DNA from: Methanopyrus kandleri AV19
GTDB taxonomy: Archaea > JAADCQ01 > Methanopyri > Methanopyrales > Methanopyraceae
Direction: 5' to 3'
Length of the DNA stretch: 32,000 nucleotides
NCBI RefSeq assembly: GCF_000007185.1
Contig: NC_003551.1
Location: 1,080,001-1,112,000, forward strand
In this document: in pieces, positions 8,468 to 16,288 of the stretch
Layout of the letters: each line of letters opens with the position of its first letter
How positions within the stretch are numbered: the first letter of the stretch is position 1
Program-made: the position numbers and the translations under genes
The notes under the pieces: generated by a model
Seen by the model: the letters and a program-made list of their open reading frames with translations, nothing else
Databases searched by the model: none
Told to the model about the DNA's origin: nothing

Positions 8468-10149
8468 AGTCGTCCCTGCACGTTTCCACTCAACACAACG
8501 TACACGGTGTCCGCTCGTCGGTCCTTCGGGAGGCTGATCGTGACACCGCTCGCGAGCTCGTCCAGCGTGAACGGGACCTCCGCGATCACATCCCCATTCT
8601 CGTCCTCGACGACGATCCTCCCGCCGGTGATATCGCTCAACCCGACGGAGGTGAACTCACCTCTCACCACGAGATCCGTCGGGTCGGCGCGGTCCAGCGT
8701 CACTTTCCCACGTACGACCCCGGGGGATGGACACCACCAGTTCCGGTCCAGGAACACGGCGGCTATCCCACCGTCGGAGTACTGGAACACCAGGACCCTG
8801 TGGTTATCATCCGCCGAAGTCGTGAGGAGCGAAGCCGAACCGTCGAGGTAGTCGCGTAGCAGCTCCAGTTCGGCCTTCCAGACCTCCAGGTACTGGATGA
8901 TCCCCTCGCTCTCGCACATGCAGCTCAGCTGAGCCTCGTTGACGGTCCTGAGCACGACGTCACGGACCAGCGGGTCCAGCTCGGTTCTCTTCAGCCTTTG
9001 CAGCCGCGGAGCGATCGACTTCAGTACGTCCATACCTTCCCGCCATAGTTTCACGATCTCCGGGTATTTTTTCTCCAACTCCTCCACCGTGCGCAGATCA
9101 CTCGCGTGCACCATGCTAGTCCAGTCTAAGTCGCTGATCGTGACATCGGGATGCCCGTAGGCGTCCGGGTTTTCCGCGATTTCACGCACTAGCTCGAGGC
9201 ACTCGGAAGGTCTTTCCAGCTCGAAATGCACTGGGATTACGCCGTACAAGGTGAAGTCGAGGCTCCCGCTCTTAACCCATCTGATGAACTCCTCGATCAG
9301 ATCGAGGCCGGTCCTGCCCGTGCTTCCCATCTCCTCGACCAGCTGCCACGGGTGGATCAGTACCCACAGTACGAGGTCCGCTTTTCCGTCGTTGTTCCCT
9401 TTGATCGCGCCCACGTTGAGCAACGTCTCAACGGCCCGTCGGAACGCCCCCTTAAGGCTCTCGAGGCCGTAGGGGCCTATGTCCTGCTCAACGTCGTCCA
9501 CGAGCTCTCCGAAATCGATCACCGGGCAGACGTACACCACGTCTCCATCGATGTCCAACTTCTTGACGATGAGCACGTCCGCGAGGTAGTCCATATCTTC
9601 GCCCTGCCACGAGACTACTTTCTCCGGGTTGAACTCCCAAGTCCGGTACCCGGAAACGATCCACTTGATCCCGAGTTCGCGGCAGACGTGCACGAAGTTC
9701 TCGTCGATGACCCACTCGATGGACGGTGAGACCACGTCCTTACGGAGGCCCGGCTCTAGGTTCTGTTCTTTGAAGAACTCCCACGAGTACTCGATCTGCA
9801 ATCGCTCGATCTCTGGTGGGAGTCCGGCAATAGAGTGAGCGGTACCGTGGGATCCGACGAATTCGACGGATTTGCCCAGGTGTTCCCGGATTACGGCCGT
9901 GATCCCGGGCGCTTCGAACTCACATTCCGGATAGTGAAACACCGCCACCTTCACGCCGTTCTCCTCACACCAAGTCAGGAAATCCTCGTAAGCCTTGACT
10001 TGATCCTCACTGTACGCGTCGCTATCGTTGTACACCGTAATATGAACTGTAATTGACTGAGGTAAGGTCATTGTTAACAAAGCTGCATGAGTTGGAGCTG
10101 CTAATGTTAACAGGAGAGCCACAAGAACGACAATGGAAGATCGCGTCAT
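8392..10149 (-). CDS. secreted NodB-like domain protein, paralogue of 2635-4164, ending in a beta-sandwich module (585 aa)
   Basis: Signal-like MTRSSIVVLVALLLTLAAPTHA. Paralogy to the 509-aa ORF, with DSD and HGTAH motifs. The C-terminal RIVVEDENGDVIAEVPFTLDELASGVTISLPKDRRADTVYVVLSG resembles the B modules of the downstream ORF. It overlaps that ORF by 76 nt in another frame. Confidence 0.8.
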   Translation of the reverse strand: MTRSSIVVLVALLLTLAAPTHAALLTMTLPQSITVHITVYNDSDAYSEDQVKAYEDFLTWCEENGVKVAVFHYPECEFEAPGITAVIREHLGKSVEFVGSHGTAHSIAGLPPEIERLQIEYSWEFFKEQNLEPGLRKDVVSPSIEWVIDENFVHVCRELGIKWIVSGYRTWEFNPEKVVSWQGEDMDYLADVLIVKKLDIDGDVVYVCPVIDFGELVDDVEQDIGPYGLESLKGAFRRAVETLLNVGAIKGNNDGKADLVLWVLIHPWQLVEEMGSTGRTGLDLIEEFIRWVKSGSLDFTLYGVIPVHFELERPSECLELVREIAENPDAYGHPDVTISDLDWTSMVHASDLRTVEELEKKYPEIVKLWREGMDVLKSIAPRLQRLKRTELDPLVRDVVLRTVNEAQLSCMCESEGIIQYLEVWKAELELLRDYLDGSASLLTTSADDNHRVLVFQYSDGGIAAVFLDRNWWCPSPGVVRGKVTLDRADPTDLVVRGEFTSVGLSDITGGRIVVEDENGDVIAEVPFTLDELASGVTISLPKDRRADTVYVVLSGNVQGRLWDQFQIDLSLPIRYRERVSAARYP

Positions 10150-10496
10150 CGTCTCGGTTCCCCTAAGTTGGTGTTTGGTAACAATATCACGATGTCGCGT
10201 TGTATGTCGTTGTCCATGACCTCAAATGCTCGTAGTTGGTAATAAACTTTCCCCAAAGTACCCGCGCCACTGTGCTGGAAGTAGATCTGCAACGGTCGCG
10301 TGCCACGACGCGTACGACGGTCTCTCGGGGGCGTCGGTCTCGGTATCTTCACATCCTTCGTGCATCCACATCCCGACAGACGTGTAATTTAAGTGTTGGT
10401 AGAGCCTCGCAGTGTAGGAACGTGGTTTATGGGATGAGACTCTTCGAGGGGCCTCTGGAGGGTCTCCGGATGATTTCCCCGTAAGTCGTAGCAAGT

Positions 10497-12153
10497 TCAC
10501 GACCTGAGTCCGAAGAAGGCACTCAGGGAGTAGGTGAGGAGATCGACGAGCAGACCGGCGGTCGTCGTCCACTTGTATGGGCTCCCGTTCACCAGCGCGT
10601 GGTAAAGGACGGCCGGGATCGTCGGGGCGGACGCGGTCACGGTGTGGAACGTGAGGCGCCACATGAGGTCGTGGAGGGCCTCCGGCCGGAGTTCATCCCA
10701 ACCGATGGCCTCGATCAGTCCGTACAGGGCGCCCGCCATCCACGGGGGTAGTCCGGCCATCTCCGCGGTCAGACGCTTGGTGGCCTCCCTCGAGGACTGG
10801 AGCTTGGACGACGTCTCTCACGGCTTCTTCGAATCCTGACGGTAGGAACGCGCGGAGTCGGGAGAGCGAGAGGACCACGCTCCGGAGTGCGTCCACGACG
10901 TCGTAAGCGAGTACCGTCAGCCCGTACAGGAACAGCCCGTAGATGACTCGAAACAGGCACCCGGGAAGTGTCTTGGCGGCCCCGCATCTCGGCAGATATC
11001 GGGACCCACGAGCCATACTAACCCTAACGAGGTTCCTGCGATCGTTCCGGCCGCGAGAAGGTAACCTCCCAACAACAGTTCCGGATGCAAGACGACTCGC
11101 ATGGGTACCGCCGCGACGATCCCGGAGCGCTCGAGGATATGGCGTACGGCCGGATCCGAGGCGCGCTTCACGAGGTTCCAGTAATCCCAAGACGTCGCCC
11201 AATAGTCACCCGACAGTACCTTACCGACGAGTTTCAGGGAGGTGATCACCGCCGGGTCGGCACCCAGTTCCTCGAGGAGCGGCGGTAGCCGTGGGAGGGA
11301 ATCACCCACGATCGTGAATGTGAGTTCGCCGCTGTTCAGATCGTACGCGCAGACGATTCCGTGATCGTCATCCGTCGGTGACCCGCCTACGGGTCCGGCC
11401 AGTCGGCAGGTGCCCGCTCGCAGATCGCAAAGCAGGAGATAACGCTCGACGGGAGCCCGGCTCTTCCCCTGGGAGACCTCGACCGTCCGCGCCTCGGTGA
11501 CCTCCAGCGTGAGCCCGAGTACACCGTCACGGAGTTCCGCGCTCGTGCATCGGACGCTGTAAGCCGCCCGGATGAACGGTGCGAGGACGCGGTCCACGGG
11601 TAACGTTCGGGGTTCGTACACGGTGATCTCGGAGTACCCGACGTCGAACTCGACCCCGTTACGAAGGACCCTCATCGCGTACCGTTCCACGATCGGGGCG
11701 TCTCCCATGGTCAGTCGGAAGCTCCCTAGTAGGTAGATCCGACCGCGGTACGTCACCGCGATAGGGAAACCCACGTAGTGCCGGTTCCCGACTCGGTACG
11801 CGGCCATATCCGGGCTGCCGAGCTCCAGCAGGCACGAGTCGGCGGGAACCTCCACCGTGGATCCGTCCGGCAGGGAAACCGCGATCCGCCCGCCCGTCAC
11901 CGAGACGACGACGTGTTCACGGTACTCGATCAGGACTGCCCGGTGGGTACACGAACACACCGCTCACAGATGCCACCTCACCCGGGGCGAACGCCGCGTT
12001 CAGTTCTCGGACCGCTCCCTCCGTGGCCCGTAGGTCGTGAACCCGGCTTATCAGCTTCCCAACGAGCTCAGGTTCCTCCGAGAATTCCACGATCGCCCCG
12101 CTCGCCGGTCCGATCATGATCAAGAGCGCGAGGACGATGGGGATCGGCGGCAC
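10497..12153 (-). pseudogene. frame-disrupted secreted/membrane protein gene (four protein-like pieces in alternating frames)
   Basis: Four protein-like pieces:
- P1, 11917-12153: signal-like MPPIPIVLALLIMIGPASGA.
- P2, 10917-11960: 347 aa, ending in C-rich junk.
- P3, about 10789-10960, in the frame of ORF 10693-11202: CLFRVIYGLFLYGLTVLAYDVVDALRSVVLSLSRLRAFLPSGFEEAVRDVVQAPVLE.
- P4, 10497-10817: ...AEMAGLPPWMAGALYGLIEAIGWDEL...
P1 and P3 share one frame; P2 and P4 share another. Confidence 0.4.
10917..11960 (-). CDS. hypothetical protein core ORF (347 aa) of the disrupted 10497-12153 locus
   Basis: Long ORF with beta-rich, balanced composition and a C-terminal hydrophobic stretch (VLHPELLLGGYLLAAGTIAGTSLGLVWLVG). 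The GTG start is 3 codons after an in-frame stop. The last 28 aa are Cys/Gly/Pro-rich and look off-frame. Confidence 0.6.
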   Translation of the reverse strand: MCSCTHRAVLIEYREHVVVSVTGGRIAVSLPDGSTVEVPADSCLLELGSPDMAAYRVGNRHYVGFPIAVTYRGRIYLLGSFRLTMGDAPIVERYAMRVLRNGVEFDVGYSEITVYEPRTLPVDRVLAPFIRAAYSVRCTSAELRDGVLGLTLEVTEARTVEVSQGKSRAPVERYLLLCDLRAGTCRLAGPVGGSPTDDDHGIVCAYDLNSGELTFTIVGDSLPRLPPLLEELGADPAVITSLKLVGKVLSGDYWATSWDYWNLVKRASDPAVRHILERSGIVAAVPMRVVLHPELLLGGYLLAAGTIAGTSLGLVWLVGPDICRDAGPPRHFPGACFESSTGCSCTG

Positions 12154-12363
12154 ATCGTCAGCCCCTCGGTGGTCACCAGCGTGCGACGATAAGGGTGTTG
12201 ACAGACGGGTTCCTGTGAGTTAACCGCGTGGATGGTGGTACGGCCTCGGCCCGGGTCTGCGACGGGTAAGGCTCTCCGGCGCGTCTTCCTGCTCGTATAA
12301 TATCATAATATGAATACAGAGAGCATAGAAAATGAGGGTATGAAGTCGGAGCCGGCCCGAGAC

Positions 12364-13926
12364 TCAGGGTTTGAGCGACGAGATCCTGATCTCATCCCCT
12401 CCCGGTATCTGCATAGCAGTCTCGAGATACCAATCCACGAGCTCGGCCGCAATGTCCACGTCTTCGGGCTCGACATCGTCGGAGAGACGCATGCGAGCGT
12501 GAGCCTTCGCGAGTCTTTCTACGGACTCGAGCTGTCTCCTAGTCACGGGGAGCGTCGGGAGACCCATCCCGAGGCGCTCCTCGACTTCCTCGCGTCGGGT
12601 CTCGTACCAGTGCTCTAAGCGCTTCCTCGCTTCCTCTGTGAGCTCGGGCTTCGGATGCTCGCGGATCGCGTAGAGGAGATACCTCCGGAGCAGCGTGTAG
12701 CTCGGTACTTCGGTGTCTTGCTCCTCCGGCTCCCCGGGTCGTGGATCGACCCCGAGGAAGGCGATGAGGTCGAAGTGGGAGAGGAAGTCCTGGTCCAGGT
12801 CGATCCGGGCGATCGGAGGATCACTCGGCCACTGCTCACCAGGGTTGATGGCGGCTAGGACGGCGCATCGGGCGTTCAGCGCGATCCCGTCGACGGTTAC
12901 CGTACCCTTGTCCATGGCCTCCATGAGGGCCCACCGATGGGGCTCCGGGGCCCCTTCGAGGTGGTCCACCGCTAGGATACCGCCGTCCGCGAGCACGGCC
13001 GCACCGGCTCTAAGGGCCCAACCCCTGTCCTCCTTCAGGACCGCGGTCAGGTCCGTGAGCTCCGTGCGTCGGAGGTCTACGTACACACCCCGGGGTGCGA
13101 GGTGATCCAGAACGTGGTGTAGGATCTCGGAGCACACGACCGGGTAACCCGCGAGCAGTACGTGCAGACGCTCGCTGTTCTTTCCGACGCATGAGAAGAG
13201 CTGGAGGGCGAGCATCTTACCGACTTCCTCGGCCCCTGGAAGCGGGGCGATCGCACGGGCGAACGTCGTTAGCGGGTCTTTATCCGCGAGCTCGCGGAAC
13301 TCCTCCAGCTCCGCGGGGTCGGGGTGTACCTCCGGGATGGGGTCCTTCTTGTGAACTTCCAGCGCGTCCAACGTCGCCGATCGAACTATCCCGAGGATCT
13401 CGACCCGGAGTCCGGGTCCGAGGCGGTGGCCGTGGAGCCGCACGGCCACCAGCTCCGAGCCCGTGTCGACGATCGCATGTTCCAACCTCTCGGCACCTCG
13501 GACCTCGCGGACTACCCCCTCGATCGAGATGAGGGCTCCGTCCATGGGCCGTATTCTCTCTACCCTCCGGAACCGATGGGGGAGACCTCGGAACCTCACG
13601 CGTGGTTCGACATCCGGGGCCACCGTTCTGACGAGCTCGCGGAGCGCCGGTTCGACCAGCCTGGCATGGGTCGCAATCCAGGATGCTAGATCGGAGTCCA
13701 GCTCGCGGAGGTCTAACACTACCGGCTTACCGGAGGTGACGCGCCTCAGCGAGCGCTGGAACGACTCGGTTCGAACTATTTCGATTAGAACCCGGGTAGG
13801 GAGGCCGAACCTACTCGCGACTTCCCCAATCCTAGCGTCCGGATCATAGGTCGTGGCTCGGGGTGTGGTGCCCAATCGGAACACACCCTCAGAACGTCCT
13901 CGGGATTGCGCCCACGTATCCGACAC
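12364..13926 (-). CDS. mcm: MCM (minichromosome maintenance) family AAA+ homologue with degenerate catalytic motifs
   Basis: MCM-box region is recognisable, but each motif is substituted:
- LHVLLAGYPVVCSEILHHV in place of GDPGxxKS (Walker A).
- DGGILAVDHLEG in place of the D-E Walker B.
- NARCAVLAAINP is sensor-1-like.
- LSHFDL in place of the SRFDL Arg finger.
The N-terminal ~230 aa contain no Cys, so there is no Zn finger. Confidence 0.9.
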   Translation of the reverse strand: MSDTWAQSRGRSEGVFRLGTTPRATTYDPDARIGEVASRFGLPTRVLIEIVRTESFQRSLRRVTSGKPVVLDLRELDSDLASWIATHARLVEPALRELVRTVAPDVEPRVRFRGLPHRFRRVERIRPMDGALISIEGVVREVRGAERLEHAIVDTGSELVAVRLHGHRLGPGLRVEILGIVRSATLDALEVHKKDPIPEVHPDPAELEEFRELADKDPLTTFARAIAPLPGAEEVGKMLALQLFSCVGKNSERLHVLLAGYPVVCSEILHHVLDHLAPRGVYVDLRRTELTDLTAVLKEDRGWALRAGAAVLADGGILAVDHLEGAPEPHRWALMEAMDKGTVTVDGIALNARCAVLAAINPGEQWPSDPPIARIDLDQDFLSHFDLIAFLGVDPRPGEPEEQDTEVPSYTLLRRYLLYAIREHPKPELTEEARKRLEHWYETRREEVEERLGMGLPTLPVTRRQLESVERLAKAHARMRLSDDVEPEDVDIAAELVDWYLETAMQIPGGDEIRISSLKP

Positions 13927-14997
13927 ACGTTAGCCGTATACGCTTTCCGATCCCCGGTATTCCCATTCTCACAGCTAACAGCACGTTCAGTGTAACTCAC
14001 CGGAATCACCTGTGATCCGGTTCCATCGTGGGCCGTTATGAGTTTCTCGTCCGTTAACATCCGCCGGTGTCCATCGTACGTTGTCGAACGATTTCGGACC
14101 GTCACATTGTTTTCATTCGGTGAGCTCAGACATCGTTCCGGACGCGAACCTTGAAGGGCTCCGAAACTCAGGCTTTGACCTCACGGGCGGTGGTCGGCCC
14201 CCGGTCGGTTCGACCCGTTCACCGCTAACGTGACGTTCCCGTACTCCTGTGACCACTGTTCGGGATGAGGGGTGAAACCACACACGGGCCCGAGACAGTC
14301 AGATGATGAGTCCACGCTACTACAGGGTCGCTACCGGGAGAACACGTCGGTCAACGGTAGCGTCGGTGGGCGTCGTGCCCTGGGTTGATGGCCGCCGTTA
14401 CGCGCGGTTCCGGCACGCTTCACGGATCGTTCCGGACGACTCCGACGGGACACGTCGGCTCCAGGGTGTTCACTGAGGGACGTTCGGATGGTTTCTGGGG
14501 GGAAATCAACCCTGAACATGACACGGAAACGGCCCGATCAGTGCCTTTACTGTTTAGAAATTCGGAGATGGTGTGCCCAAGGCTCCACGGTGGATTCTAC
14601 CCGCTGTAAATCCGAGTAACAACTTCTCCACACTCTCCACACGGGACGTCGCTAGGGCCGGACGGGTGCGTCAGCATGGGGCTAGGCTCGTCATCGGTCC
14701 GCGCCCACCGCTGTCATCACCCGTCGTATTCCCTGAAGTAAGACATGAGGTAGATCGCCCTTAAAAAGGGAGTCGGGATGTGCTATATTTCCGGAGCGTC
14801 CACACCGCCCGTGCGATCGTGCGTATGTGAAGCGCCGGTTCATCGGCGGTACGGCGGTCGATAATGACGACGCGCGGTGAACCCCCGGGTTTTTCATTAA
14901 GTTAACACCCGGGCTCCGTACGCCGCCCGGGAGGAGCGCGTTCCGGTACGGTACGGCGGTGGTCTCTACGGAGAATCGGTAAGGCGATGGTGGCCGC

Positions 14998-15999
14998 GTG
15001 TTGCTCCGTGGGGGATGGCGGTTCTTGAGGTTGAACGCGTTCGTAGTGTACGCACGTCCGAAGGGACCTTCACTCACCGTGGACTCCGGCGTGCTGGAGA
15101 GACTAGGGGCGGGATGTCGAGAAGTCGAGGTCGGCAGTCGTCTGGATCTACCGCTGAAACTCGTCGAGGACGGACTCGTGGAACCCGGACGGGTTACCAT
15201 CTACGTACCGACCACTTGGGGATCGAGAGCCCCCGCTCGGGCTCTGAGTGTGGTGAAACGTATGGAGACTGTCGGGTACGAGGTGCACGTGCTGGTGGGC
15301 ACCGAAGGGGGCTCGGGAAGGCTTCCCGAAGGATTCCCGGGGGAAGTTCGGGTCGAGAACGTTAAGCGAGATCTTTCGGGTATTCTGAAGCTCTCTGACG
15401 ATATTTTCGGACTCTTCTGGTCGGAAGGTTCGCTCCTCCTGGATCTCGGGTGGGCTCGCGATCCGGGGCCACGATCCGACCTCGCGATACTCACCGTTTC
15501 CACGCTGGTGGCGCTGAAGGTCGTCGAAAACACCTCCGGGGAGAGGCCGCTCGAGCGAACGGTGATGATGATGGAGGTCGATCGTAGGCTCGTGGACGCC
15601 TCGGAGCTCTTACACGCGCTCATGGTGGCGCTGGACCTCGCGTACTTCCCGATCGCTCCGGATCTGGGTCGCACGGTTCGAGAAGGTATCGAGGAGCTCC
15701 TGGAAGGACTCGAAGGATCGGAACGTGAGGAGCTGAGGAAAGCCGCGGACGCCTTCGAGAGGCTCTCCGGGAGCGTTCTCGATGCGTTCGAGCTCGGAAG
15801 GGTCGAGATACCGGATCGTCCGGGCATCCTCCGGGAGTTGCTGGAGTACCGGCTGCGGGGTCTCTCCCCGGCGATGATCGATGGAGAGTTCCCCAGGAGG
15901 GCTAAGAGGATGTTGAAGAAGGTCAGGAGAAGGCTCAAGCGGGGGGACGGGCGCCCGGACGACACCTCCTCCGAGCGTCCGAAGCGCCCGAAGATCTGA
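14998..15999 (+). CDS. uncharacterised protein, paralogue of 27532-28419 (333 aa; GTG 15046 is a possible alternative start)
   Basis: Clear paralogy:
- LVEPGRVTIYVP vs LVEPGRVHAHLP.
- VGYEVHVLV vs VGYEVTASV.
- LLLDLGWARDP vs LFLDLGWALHP.
- ELLHALMVALDLAYFPIAPDLGRTVREGIEELLEGLEGSEREELRKAADAFERLS vs DVLRALSVVLDLARYPVAPALGPTVRRELERLLDGFDGPEREDLTEAARAFELLS.
Basic C-terminal tail. Antisense ORFs are S/R/P-rich. Confidence 0.75.
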   Translation: MLLRGGWRFLRLNAFVVYARPKGPSLTVDSGVLERLGAGCREVEVGSRLDLPLKLVEDGLVEPGRVTIYVPTTWGSRAPARALSVVKRMETVGYEVHVLVGTEGGSGRLPEGFPGEVRVENVKRDLSGILKLSDDIFGLFWSEGSLLLDLGWARDPGPRSDLAILTVSTLVALKVVENTSGERPLERTVMMMEVDRRLVDASELLHALMVALDLAYFPIAPDLGRTVREGIEELLEGLEGSEREELRKAADAFERLSGSVLDAFELGRVEIPDRPGILRELLEYRLRGLSPAMIDGEFPRRAKRMLKKVRRRLKRGDGRPDDTSSERPKRPKI

Positions 16000-16288
16000 C
16001 GGGGATCCGCGATCGACCGTCCGAGGTACGTCGTCGTTCTCGGCCCGGCGGTCACCGGGGATCACGCCGCTCTTCCGGCGAGTCACGGGCCATGCTAGTT
16101 CTTCCCGCGTGGGACGATATGTTAAGCCATCGTATCGGGAACAAACTCTTTAGGGAAAGTTAATCTCGGCAGCGGATCGCCGGTCACTATCGAAGGGTAC
16201 CGTCACCGACCGCCGGGGGTGGCGCGGGTGAAGGTCACCGTGTACGGGTGCGGGGACGAGAACATGATGGTGAAGCTGATCGAACCAC

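Noticed and set aside
13785-14105. 106-aa minus ORF overlapping the MCM start
   Set aside because: It overlaps the MCM N-terminus in another frame, has poor composition and no start context.
14691-16086. Minus-strand ORFs 14691-15200, 15201-16055 and 15610-16086
   Set aside because: S/R/P/T-rich low complexity, antisense to the well-supported paralogue gene 14998-15999.
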